Assembly (NCBI GenBank): GCA_900088475.1
Contig: FLMG01003980.1
Span: forward strand, 1-34,847
DNA: 34,847 nt
Source: Hyphochytrium catenoides
Lineage: Eukaryota > Protista > Hyphochytriomycota
Direction: 5' to 3'
Below are positions 1 to 11,418 of this stretch, piece by piece; position 1 is the stretch's first letter, and the number at the start of each line of letters is the position of its first letter. Position numbers and translations under genes: made by a program. Below the pieces are notes generated by a model, which worked only from the letters and a program-made list of their open reading frames with translations, made no database searches and was not told the origin of the DNA.

Positions 1-2045
1 TGTGAGCCTTTTAGAGCTCTTGTCAGCTTCTGCTCTCAACACCTAGCTCCCCCAGAAGGCACAAAATATGATTCACGTGCTTGGTGGCCCCCAAAAGAGA
101 GATGCATTCTGCCTCCGTCGAAGAAGAAGCTGTGAGTTGCTGCTTCAGCGACTTCCACACGAAGGCGCCTTCACCCGACGTGAAGTAGTACCCTGAAATG
201 GACTTCCGATCCGAAGGGTCATTGGCCTAGTCGGCATCCGCAAACGCTTTCAGGCATGGCATACTCTTTCCCCCAAGAGTCAAACCTAGGTCCACGGTGC
301 CCTTCAAGTACCTGAAGATCCGCTTTACAGCCTCCCAGTGCACGACTCTTGGCGTTGACGTGTGCTGGCTTCCGGACGACTGTACCGCGTAAGCAATGTC
401 ATGCCGGGTGGTGAGCATAAGGTACATGAGACACCCTACGGCCTCCCGGTATGGTATCTGGCTCAGAAGCTCTCGAGTCTCCGGGGCAACTAAAATGTCT
501 CGTCCCTTTGGCTGGTATGACTTCGGGGTCACTGGCAACGGACTTGGATGACAGTCAGCCATGTTGAAACTCTCTAGAATACTACTGTGTACTTTGGCTG
601 CGACAGTGGTATGGTCCTTGCTGTCCTGTCACGATGTACCTTGATCCCGAGGAAATAGTTGAGTTCCCCGAGATCCGTGACCTCGAACCTATCCGAGAGG
701 ATCTTCTTCATGCCATTAACAAGATCTGTCGACTCTCCTATCAAAAGTAAGTCGTCGACAGACAGAGTGATGATCTCTGGCAGCTTGGAGCCAGTCTCCG
801 CAGTGCGGTGTCGGATGTACACACAAGGTTCACATATGCTAGGGTGGAATCCGTGCTTCTTCAAATACCCGTCAATCACCTTGTTCCACTGCCGTGGACT
901 CTGCTTTAGTCCGTATATGCTTCTCTTCAGCTTGCAGACATGATCTTGAGAATCAGCACGAACAAATCCAGGAGGCTGCTTCATATACACATTTTCTTCC
1001 AGCTCGCCGTGCAAGAAAGCAGTCTTGATGTCCATATGAAGAATCTCCTTGTCGTCAAACGATGCCGCCAATGATACGATGCACCGAATGAATTCATATC
1101 CGATTGTCGGAGCAAACACTTCTTGATAATCGACTCCCTCCTTCTGCCGAAAACCATGTGCCACTAACCTTGCCTTGTACCTCTCTACAGTCCCATCAGC
1201 GTTGGTCTTGACGGACCTTAAATACCCAGCGGCATCCCACAATGTTTGCTCCACGAGGGCGGGGAACCAGTTCCCATACCCCGTGCTGCTCCATGAAATG
1301 TAGGTCGCTGGAAATTGCCTTCTGCCACTCCACTGTCTGGGGAGAGGCCAACGCGTCTTCTAAAGTCACCGGTTCTTGAACCTGGAGAGAATTGAGGGTC
1401 CCCGGCCGCATCCAAAGCGAGTTCTGCTGGGAGGAGTACCTCCTCGTTGCCAAGGACGAGTCGGGTACAGAGTTGTGATCAGGTCTCACATTCCTCATAC
1501 TCGTCAACTTCCAAGCTTGTGTCGGGATCTGCTGCGGCAGCATGATCTGATGCCTCCGATCTTACTGAGGATTGTTCATCTGAGTCTTCAGAGTACTTTT
1601 CACCCTTTAAATCATTACTGGATTCGGAGTTCATCCTTACTGAGGAATGATCATCTGAGTCTTCAGAGTACTTTTCACCCTTTCAATCATTACTGGATTC
1701 GGAGTCCATACTTACTGAGAAATCACATCTGAGTCTTCAGAGTACTTTTCAGCGTTTTAATCATCACTGGATTTGGAGTCTGGGACCTCTTCACTTGCTT
1801 GTCCCGTGCCTACGGAAAGGTGAATATTGGGATCTTCATGGCCTTCAAGTTCCTGGAACTGATTCTCTGTGGTATGCCGCGGGATATCACTTGGGCCGGA
1901 GTTGCCAGAGCCGTCCGCAAGTGGCTCAAGAATATCAAACAGCAGTGAGTCACTGTCAGTAGACCCCGCGTGATCCGTTCCACACGCTGCGGTTGCCTCA
2001 TCAAAGACAACATCTCGACACTCGATGACGGTCTAAGTCCCATCT
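1..2045 (-). mobile_element. Degenerate Ty1/copia LTR-retrotransposon pol fragment (post-integrase segment, linker, reverse transcriptase, RNase H); runs off the window edge and is 5'-truncated
   Basis: Copia motifs in order on the minus strand: TVIECRDVVFDE (~1998-2030), EPVTLEDAL..EWQKAI..GVWELVPRP..IVGCRWVFK, RYKARLVAHGFRQKEGVDYQEVFAP, HMDIKTAFLHGELEENVYMKQPPGF, KRSIYGLKQSPRQWN, PYREAVGCLMYL, HWEAVKRIFRYLKGT, then RNase H AFADAD*ANDPSDRKSISGY..SSSTEAE. Inactivating lesions: YVDD reads SVDD, TAG in place of Trp at 227-229, frameshifts near 1213 and 585. No gag, protease, integrase core or LTR seen beyond ~2045. Confidence 0.95.
1561..1780. repeat. 75-bp tandem repeat, about 3 copies, inside the copia integrase-RT linker
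   Basis: CTTACTGAG..CATCTGAGTCTTCAGAGTACTTTTCA..ATCATTACTGGATTCGGAGT begins at 1561, 1636 and 1711; the third copy is more diverged and has a 1-nt deletion. Confidence 0.95.
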
Positions 2046-2903
2046 CCCTCTTTCCCTTCTCTATTTACCCCTTTTTTGTGTGTTGTGCAAGTCTCAGTCT
2101 CTCTTTGCTGCGCATTGTTGTTCTATGCTTGGCTTATGATGCTTTATTTGGAGCTTTCATGCTTAGCCATCAGGAGGAGGCTTCGCTTACACTCAACAAA
2201 TTGATTGTCCTGCAGCTGGGTTCAAGTTGAGGATCGCCCTTTGGGGGGCCGGCACGCAATAACTCCAAACCGGCTAGCCAGCCAGTCACTCTTTCAATCA
2301 ATAGACGGGACAAAGGAGCCGATCTGTCTTTGGTGTAGGAACCTGAAGTAGAACCTATGATAGTCTAGAATAATGATCTCACCGTCTGAGATGCTGTAAC
2401 AGCATTCCTCCAGCTATTACATGGGCCGCAGCTCTTGAATCTACTGCAGGAACAAGTCAATTTCCAGCAACTTGTAGTTATATATACATAACTCTCGCTG
2501 TACCGTCCATACTAGCAAGATGCGTTATGGAGCGTAAGTATGCGAAGAAGTGGAACTATTTAGTACTGACAAGACAATTAATCGTAGTGCGGGCTCTGAC
2601 AACCTCTTCGTAGTCAACTTCCTAGCCATTCTAGGCCTCTAAGCCACGGGCATGGTGTTCAGATAATCCAAAACCTTTTGCTTCAAACAACGATGATGGG
2701 TCTTGCGCCCTTGACATTATCGCAAGGAGGGGTTCTTTCTTCCTTGACTCTGCAGTTCTAAGGCTTTCCAGATCTACTCCTCCACATCAAGGAGAAAATC
2801 TGGGACAAGGCTCTTCAACTGTAACATCTCTATGCCCATAACTTAAACATAAGACATGCGGCCAACAGTTGACATCAACGATGACTTTGGATGGGTTGGT
2901 TCT

Positions 2904-4500
2904 TCAGACATCGTTGCTATCTTCAGCATTCTCCAAAGTTGTGATGCACTGATTCCATTTGCGACTTACAGGTTTCCTTGAGATGACAAGGGCTTAGGGA
3001 GGAGACTAGGTATCACGGCTCATTCTTCGGACTTACCATCGAGCCAGCTCTCGCGCCGTACCGTAGGACAGGACCTTGGCCGTTAACGTTCTATTAAGGC
3101 TCAGGAATCCAAGACCTGGGATGTGGCATTTGGACTCTGGAACAAAGGGCAAAAGGAAACGTATCTCACCTTTGACTTGTCTCCTCCATTTGCGAATCTG
3201 AGTTGTTAGCTGCTTCTTCTGTGTTTCTGCGTTTCTGGTATGATCCTGCTTCTGTTTGAGCTCCGTCTGCAACTCCTAACCGTTGTAGCTGTCAGATAGC
3301 AAGGGTAAAGTTGGCGTAAAGAATGCAAAGTACCTCACCTGGATCTGTCTCTCGAGCCCCTCAATAGATTCGTGAAGCAATTTGAGCGCATTGTCCAGCA
3401 TCGTCTTTGTTTTGTCAGCTTGTCTTATCGCTGTTGCGCGATCCGAAAGTGCGGCAGCGGCACGTTTGGACCTGAAGGTAAGCAAACGATTAGATGAGCA
3501 TGTACAAGGTTAGCGCGCGTCGGCCTCGCTTCTGCCCATCACCTGGCTTCGTCCTCGTCTTTGTTCACCGGTAGAGCCAGCTCAACATTATACGCTAGCT
3601 TTTTCTCATTAAACCACGAATAAGAGTTATCCCAACAAAGAAGAAGCGTCCCTGTGCCTTCCACCACGTGCCTCCCAACCACTGCGCTATTGCTGGCTTC
3701 GTATCGCTTGGTCGGCAGGAGATCCACGCTATCTCCATCTCGATCGATTAGCTTCACTGGAAGGCAACGATGTGAGGAACGAAATAGGGAAGAGAGTGGT
3801 CGTGCACATGAATGGCAAACAGCTTTCTTTTGTCTGCACCTGAAAAGTTGATGTCAAAGCCTTCGGTCGAAAATTCGTAGGAGAGCGTGGAGCGCTCGGA
3901 TTCAACGAGGATCGGCATCTGATAGGAGTATGCTGCTGGAATCATCGTCTGAGTACTTTTCCATCTTAGCGTCCTTGCAGCCCAAGAAGGTTTGTCAGGA
4001 CGACCTAGTATTCACATTCTTACGAGCTGGGCGCGGCGCTTACCTAGGAAGGTTTGAGTCTGCCCCGGTCTCTACCTGATCCACAAGTTTGTCCCATTCC
4101 TCTTCCTCCTTCTCGCTCATTTCGTCGTCTTCATCCTGCCTGCTAGCAAGAGAAAAGCCCGTCACATCCAGCGCGGTGGGTTTCGTGCTCCCATTGGCCT
4201 GAGGAGGCTTTGGGGAGTACGTTGTGATAGACGAGGACGGGTCGAACCCAGATGTAGATGAACGGCAGAGCGAAAGGGAGCGCAAAGGATCAGTGGGCTT
4301 GACTACTTCACTCTGGTGCCGCCGATGATGATGATACCTTCTCGCCCTCTGCGCGTATTCCTGGAGAGATCATATTGAGACTCCGGTCTTTTCTGCTACT
4401 TCCCGAGTTAGCAAATGCAGGTGCCCCTATTTAAATTCAATAGCCCAACGCTCCGCTTCGGCAAGGAATCTCATACTAGGAGCTCAGGCGTTCGGTCCAT
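2904..4500 (-). CDS. GOLD-domain protein with coiled coil and C-terminal F-box-like motif (8 exons)
   Basis: Hand-spliced exons, all GT-AG with consistent phase: 4500-4477, 4360-4044, 3973-3840, 3756-3543, 3471-3339, 3275-3170, 3115-3037, 2976-2904. GOLD motifs LSYEFSTEGFDINFSV and GTGTLLLCWDNSYSWFNEKKLAYNV; heptad-rich segment LKLLHESIEGLERQIQELQTELKQKQ; tail FLSLNRTLTAKVLSYGTARELARWKPVSRKWNQCI. The first micro-exon (MDRTPELL) is the least certain part. Confidence 0.8.
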
Positions 4501-5408
4501 CCCAGGGTATGACCCAACCTCCTGATATCTCCACTAGTAAAGGAGGTTTCACGATTGGGACGTGAGTGTGCGCAGGATGTCTACTGATCTGCGATGGCGT
4601 CCCGGTGTCTGAATGGACGAGTTGAAGGAGAGAAGCAAGGAAAACCTAGAGTGGACCTGCGACGCGGACCATGGAAAGAGATCGCTGTTGGTCTGGGAAG
4701 ACAGCGGGGCCCTGACTGTAAAGCAAAGGAGAGGTCAGTGAGTGCCAGGACCAGCAGCCAGGCGCAGGCAGCATCAGCAGACTGGCAGGGTGGGGCAGGG
4801 CGGGGCAGGGCAGGGCAGTGTGGGGCAGAGTACAGGAAGGAGGAGAGGGGAAGGGAGCAGGAAGGGAAGGAAAGCGCTGATGCATTCTCTGTACAGAAGA
4901 GTTACAACTCTCCCAGAGTTCCCCCTGTAGCGGGAGGCATTGTTTTGAGATTTCCATAACGGAAAGATACAGCTTGCAAGAATAATTGTTTGATTCTTGC
5001 ATTGTCGCGTAGTAGTATAAAGGCTGAATATTTCAGGAACCTTATTGCAAGGTGTTTGTTGCCTGTGGCATAGGAACCATTGCGGTGGTCCTGGGGGTAG
5101 GCAGAGCGGGCAGGGAGATGTCCTAAAGTCTCTATCCCCTTTCCTTCCTCACAAATCAAGCTCCTACGGCAGCGAGCACAGCGTCATCATCAGAAGACAG
5201 CAGGGGAAGGAAGGAGATGTCAGTGGAAGCGTGGCATGGAAGAGGGCTCTGCTATACTCTTGAAGAACTTCCGCAAGTCAGGCTGATCCATCTCTGAGAG
5301 CTCCATAAAGCAGTGCGCTCTTGGGTCGGAAGGTCGCGACCTTCTTCCTCACGACAGAAGAGTTGAACCGAGAGGAGGAGCCAGAGCTAGGGCCTTCAAG
5401 CTCGCACA

Positions 5409-6815
5409 ATGGGTAGCAGGAGGGTAAGGACTTTCCTTGGCAGGATTAGGACCCGATCCAGTTCCCACAGCATTAGTGGAGGTGAGTTCCATGTCCGTCT
5501 TTTCCGGGTAACACGATCAAGACCCTGATGGCCATTGCCACCATTCTTCAGTCTCGCAGCAGACTTTCGGGAAAGGAGTGGCTCTCTTTAGCTCGCTATC
5601 GGTTAACAACTGCGCAAGCATCCTTAGAGACCCTGAAAGTGATGAGGCCGCCGTCCTCTCCCTGCAAAACAAATGTCGGCGGGGCTCGCTCCCTTCTCTG
5701 GACGTTACAGAGCGAGTGCTCGACGGTCTTTGCCGACGCGGCAAGCAGGATGAGGCATACGCTTTGCTGCGGCAGCTGTATAGGTACGAAGAGTCGTCGC
5801 TGTATCTTGCTGCTTATGTAATCCTGAGCAGCTTTTGGCCGCTTCAAGGTTGAAAGGGTTCAGAGATGGAGCGATCTCGGCAGTGTCCGCGTCAGTGGTA
5901 ATAAACGGCTTTATGACGCGTGGGGACACGGACACTGCGCTGCGGATTCACAGGGACTGTGTGGTCTTGGGGATCGTATTGGACCTACAAGCGCGCAATG
6001 ACCTGATCCACGCGCTGGCGGCTCAGCGACGCTTTATGGAGGCGCTGGAGGTACTGCAGGCTCTAGAAGCAGGTGTGTTTCGTAACGTCTTTACTTAGCT
6101 CCTTAGTTGCTGACTCCTCCTCCCATGGTTCACCTTCGTTTTCCGTCGTGATCTATCGCAAATATAGATGGGACCATCACCCCCTCCAGCTCCTCCTATC
6201 ACAATCTGCTGGAGCCTCTTCTCGCCGCTTCCGACCATCTTGTGACCGCCTATCATCTCTCGCGCTGGATGCGCTCACAGGGTTTTCCTCCTGAAGAAAA
6301 GGTGAGACCCATCGCGCAGCTGCTTGTGACCACACGTATCATAACTTATGATTACCTTAGCTGGTGCTCAAGTTGCAAAGAATGCTTGTGGATCGGTTAG
6401 AAGCGGTAGAGGGCGGCCAGCAGCCGGACCTTGGCTGCGGGGTCACGGACAGCTGCGCCGCGCTGCTAGAAGGGATGCACGAACTTGTAGGTCTTGGACC
6501 AGATCCTGAGAGTCTAGTGGACCTCTTGGCTGCACTGGTAAGGGCTGCATCGTTCCCTACAGCTGACGCTGGCAAAAAATCGCTAAAAATTTAATTCTCT
6601 TGGGTTCTTCCTTCTTCTCTTTACCACTTCTTCCCTTCCCCCCTCTGTCTTAACAGAAAGAGGACCTTGAATCAACATTGGTTGATTCGCTGACGCGAGA
6701 AAGTACCGGCGACAGTCTGAATGACCAAGCGGAGAGGGAAGAAGAGGAAGCTGCATTGGAGTTTGAGTTAGAGGAGGATGATGATTCGGACGACGACGAC
6801 GGACGATTGCCTTGA
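5409..6815 (+). CDS. Pentatricopeptide-repeat (PPR)-like protein, probably mitochondrial (6 exons)
   Basis: Exons 5409-5481, 5552-5783, 5849-6072, 6168-6301, 6361-6537, 6657-6815. PPR-like units: PSLDVTERVLDGLCRRGKQDEAYALLRQL, ISAVSASVVINGFMTRGDTDTALRIH, LDLQARNDLIHALAAQRRFMEALEVLQALE, PSSSSYHNLLEPLL. N-terminus MGSRRVRTFLGRIRTRSSSHS is Arg/Ser-rich with no acidic residues. Acidic C-terminal tail. Confidence 0.75.
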
Positions 6816-7094
6816 CCGAGGCTTTCTGTACCGTCCCTGGGCCTAATCCTTTTCCTTCCTACTTGTACCTTATAAGAGATAAATATTTATTCTTGCTGTT
6901 CCAACTCCCGTTTAGGAACTCACAAAGCAGATATGAAAAAGCGTCTATTGTTCCTTTTTTGTCCGTCGGCACATCTAACTGTTAGAGAGGGTGCGGCGCT
7001 CCGTTCGCTTCTCCTTAACTTCTCGACCCCTATCCTCACCTTCTCACTTCTTTCTTTGGCCTAAGTCTTCCTCTAAGAAGTAGATATATCTTCC

Positions 7095-10000
7095 TTATTT
7101 GACAGACCCGACACGCTGTCGATAAGCCGCTCTGAGCGTTGTAATAGATAGCCGCTGACGAAGTGATGAAAGAACGGTGTAAAGCTCCTGGGGTTGTTTG
7201 GCCGTGAGCAGAGCGGGTCGCAAGAAGCGCAGGAGGTCTCTTGCGAACCTCGAGAGCTCTATCGCCCATTCGTCGGCAGCGCCGAAACACTAAGGACTCC
7301 GTTAGTTCTTGCACGAAGATCAAGGGAAGGCTAACTGACATCCTACCTGATCCCATACAAAGAGCAAGCAATCGCGATCCAGCAGCCCAACGAACGAGAC
7401 CTGCAACCAGCTGAAGACATGAGGAGATGATAGAAGAAGAGTAAGACCGAGTCGAAGCTAATCGTATTGATGAACTATCACGGGACCACCAGATGATAAA
7501 CTGACGAACACTGAAAGACAGCTGGGAAAGAAAGGACCAAAGTAAGAGAATGAGCTGAAAGAGAGAGATGGCGGCTGATTTTCATTCCCCTGAAGACGTA
7601 TACCTACCTCTTCAGGATGTCCGTAAGCGTCTAGTGTAAGAGGTGATAGCAGATGCAATTAGCTTCCATCACGGGCCTAAAGTAGTCAATTTAAGGCTTA
7701 CCTCTGGCTTTTCCTCGATGGGTCCATGGGAGCTCCCTCTTTCTTTCAGTAGAACGCTCAGATGGCTTTTCAGCTCCGGATCCTCCTGACCGATCGCCGC
7801 AGAGAGCTGTTGACAAAGATAAGAGATCTGGAAAAGAGAACCCTCGCGCGCCATATCCAATAACAAATACCTGCGCAGCAATGCCAGCTGCTGAGCGTAG
7901 GCCAAGGCCCGGGGTGGGGCAGCAGCGAGTGGTGAACTGCTGGAGCATTGCTAGGAGGCGAAAGTCTTCCCTACACAGCGTAGCTCAGCTAATGTCGCAA
8001 TGAAGGTAAGCCGAAGATGCAGACAATGGGGAGCTTGGCGGGCTGGAAATAGGAGAAGAGAGTAGAGAGGCACCCGAGCACTTACCCCTCTTGCAAATCC
8101 TGAAAGACAAAGACCAACGGAGCTGCGAGGAGGGGCAGCGCGGCATGATGTTCATTCGAGTAGAGAAAGAACTTGTTCAACAAAGTCACCAATTGACTTC
8201 GCAAAGCTAAGGGAGTCAGTTAGTCCAACAAACTCAAAGTCAAAAGTCCTATTTGACTGATAATGAGTCGAGGATAAGGACGCCGATTTAGGTGGAAACT
8301 GGACGAGCTGAACAGGAGAGGATATGAAGGGTAAACGATACGAGAGAGAAGCAAACAGGAGGAGGGAAAGGAAGAAGGCTGTAAGGGAAAGGATGAAACA
8401 AAGAAAGAAGGTATCAGGCATTAGGAGTAAAGGAAAACCTAGCCCTAAGCAGGATCTGTGACCCCGAGACTGCGACACGGAGCTGGGTTGGTACGACAAC
8501 GTCGTCAAGACTCACGTTTGGTGTCAAATCCTATCAATCCTCCTGACGTGTAGGCGGCATCCACCGCGCTCTCTATCAAATGGGAGATGGGAGAGGTAGT
8601 CACCGTCCTTTGGCCCCTTGCCTGCGCATTTAGCCGCACAATGCGCTCGCAGTCTATCAAGACCCGCCTGTCCAGTAGTCGCTCCTGGTAGAAAAAGCGA
8701 CGCATGGAGTTCGGCCAGTAGCGTCCTTGAAGGAGACGGCGAAGTTCCGACAACTCCGATGGGACCTCGTCGAGGCGCGGGAAGCGAGCATCGAACTGCA
8801 GGGCCGCTGAGGGTTCGATGTGGTGCCTCTGAAGGGATGAGAAGGGACGGGTTTATAAGAAGGTTGCCAGCTCCAGTCAAAGCCACTAATCTTGCACATA
8901 CCTCCTGGTCAGGCTTCTCGAGTCCCCGCCCATGCACAAGCGCCACGAGTCCAGCTCCCAGCATCTCTGCTCGCTCTCGTGGGGCATCCCTGACTTGGAG
9001 CTCTGAGTGTAGCGCTCTCTTCGCTGCTTGGGCAAAGTCTAAGGAATAACCTTTGTACAACGAGGAACCTAGGAAATCGGGGGATAATGTCTGCATGAGG
9101 GAGTCAATTAGCTCTTCAGCTGCGTTCCCTTCATTCTCTTCTTTGATCTTACTCTTCTGCTTCCCGTCCTCCGCTATGCTATCTTGATCTCTCCCTCTCT
9201 CCTTCAGTCCGTTACCTTCTCTTGAAGATGATATGTGAGTGCACTGAGTAGCTGATGTTGAAGAGCCCTCCTCGCCTCTGGGAGCATGAAAGGAAGCTGG
9301 AGCAAATGCTTTTCCGGTCGTGCATCTGACGCCAACTGCCGTGGGTCGCCGCAGACAGAGAGAATGATCTGGTCAGGAGGAAGAAGTTAGCTTAGCACAT
9401 CAGACACCAAGTATGGGTCGTAGAGATGAGATCAGAAAGAGGCAGGAGACGAAAGATTCCCTTAGAACAGAAAGTAAAGGTTCGCAGCAGGAAGAGCGAG
9501 CATCGTCGTTGACAGGTGAGTGGAGATCACGGGAACAGTAAACAGATCCTGGTCGATCTCGTGGCTGCACAGGTAGCCCGAAAGAGAGGATATTGAGGAT
9601 GGTGAGCAAGAAAGGAACACATCTATTCCCCACCTCTCTAAGGGGTGCATTGCTTTGATAGGAAGCGATAAAGTTTCGGACAGTGTCGAGGAGCGTGGCC
9701 TGGATCTGAAAGGTGTAATGTTAGCCACGGACCGTCACTCTCATTGCCCTCTCTCAAGCTCTAACATGGCTACTGCTGTCATTTCGGCCACTCTGTCTCA
9801 CCTTCTTTACACCTTCTCCTCTCAGCCCTGCCCCTTTCTCAACCCTCTGTAGCTTCTTCTCCTCCTCTCCTATCTGTCTCTCTCCTTCTTCTCCCTCCTC
9901 CTCAGTCCATTGTTGTCCTCATAGGCTCTCTTTCTTTCCGTCGCCTTTCTACTTCCCTTTCGCCCCAGCCACATTGTTTGACGCCCGCCACTCATTCCGA

Positions 10001-10197
10001 ACACTCACCGCCTCCCAACTAGTAGATTCTACGTTGCTCTCTGCCGCTTCCCTCAGCCAAAGTTCGTCACGAAAGAATATGCGTGCGGCAGGTTCTGCCT
10101 CTCTCATCAGCAGTGCCTGCTCTGGAGCTGTGCTGGGAGATGGCCCACTGCTGAGACCTTCTTGTTGTGCTGAGTGCGAAAGGCTGGAGGAATGCAT
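7095..10197 (-). CDS. TBC/Rab-GAP-fold protein, divergent, multi-exon
   Basis: Spliced reading gives TBC-like landmarks in the expected order: ELRRLLQGRYWPNSMRRFFY, HLIESAVDAAY, LVTLLNKFFLY..LLAAPLVFVF, LCQQLSAAIGQEDPELKSHL, ILKSWLQVSFVGLLDRDCLLFVWDQCF, LLRFLRPALLTA. Stop TAA at 7097-7095. The 5' exons (9400-10197) and start codon are uncertain. Confidence 0.65.
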
Positions 10198-11418
10198 TCC
10201 TCCTGCTGGCGACTAATCACCGCCAGTGGGTACCCCTTAGGCCGAGAGAGCACAGTAGCAGTGGGACCGCTCCGAGCCCCCTATGCCCAAGCCACTCATG
10301 AGGGCTGGTGGATGGTCGGCTGGTGTTGAGTGCTCGTACTATAGGTCAGCAAAGCCGTCTGATTGAAGAACGAAGTAACGGGAGTCCCAGCCCGGGGAGG
10401 AGGAGTTAACATCCAGCCATTAACAGGCAGTTGGCGCCTAGTTAGCTGCTCCTTCCCGTTCCTATCTCCTCAATAGTTATGATGACTCTGCCTACAGGCA
10501 CTAGAAGTAGCTACCAGGTTGGAAAGGCAGAAGGCTTATTATTTGCCCCCGGAACTCTTACCGTTTAATGGTTCTGAAGCTCTAATGGGCTCGATGAGTA
10601 GCCGGCCACTGACCGACGCCGCCCGTTGACATCAGCTGATGATGGAGCAGCCCTGTCGTCTCTGAATTCCCTGTCTGTTCAGCAGGTGTCTCTTGGCTAT
10701 ATCCGCATTTGTCTCTCTGTCTTCGCTCTCTCTAGAGGCTAAGCAGCGCAAGCGATCCCACGGTTGGTTCGGCCCAGTAGCAGCGGTAGCAATATAACAG
10801 GAGAGCGAGCCTCACAGACGGCACTGAGGACGACTCTGCCCGACGCGGCTGCCTGTCTGACAGCCCTCCCTCCCCTCCTCTGTCTCTCTGTCAACTGGAT
10901 GTCCAGTCAGGAGCGCCACTGACGGAACAGTAACCGATGTATCCCTTCGTCCCATACAGATACATAATGGATGTAAAGTCTATCCTTAATACTAAAGAAA
11001 TAAAATTCATGATTCAGAATATGGAGATGCTTGGAACATGCCTTCCCTGTTCGATCGTCCCCCGCGCGTCTCTTAGGCTCTTAGGCCCTCCTCGGCCTCT
11101 CACGCGGCTCCCACCGCCCTCACCCCCAGCGGACATGAAGGATGGCCCTCCTGCGCCCCTCCTCCCCTAACCTTAAGCTCTCCGGCCTGGAGCCGCAATC
11201 ATCATCGTAAGCAGCCGCTGCGCCAGCCCGCGCACCAGCAGCAGCAGCATCCAAGTTTCCGCTCCTCTTTCTTCCCCTACCATGCAAGGCAGAGCCATCC
11301 TCCCTCGTCTCGGGCGCCATCGGGTGCCACGCTATTCTTCTTAGGTCATCACTCCTCCTCCTCACCCTAACCCACCAACGGCAGGCTTGCCTACTACTAA
11401 CCTCCTCCGGGCAGCAGA

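Noticed and set aside
227-229. In-frame TAG at a conserved Trp as a sign of stop-codon reassignment
   Set aside because: It lies in a frameshifted dead transposon; host genes end normally with TAA, TAG and TGA.
1561-1780. Regularly spaced repeats resembling a CRISPR array
   Set aside because: Whole units repeat with no unique spacers; eukaryotic retrotransposon context.
2395-2600. TG...CA segment that might be the copia 5' LTR or a solo LTR, with a small palindrome ATGCTG-TAA-CAGCAT at its left edge
   Set aside because: No second copy in the window, no target-site duplication (GATGC versus ACCTC) and no adjacent primer-binding site.
2834-2842. GTTATGGGC on the minus strand, resembling the half-tRNA-iMet primer-binding site of some copia elements
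   Set aside because: Only a 9-nt match, about 60 nt after the GOLD gene stop, with no LTR end next to it.
4594-5263. Several overlapping 60-120 aa ORFs between the GOLD and PPR genes
   Set aside because: Driven by G-rich low-complexity sequence, with no domain signal; more likely promoter or UTR.
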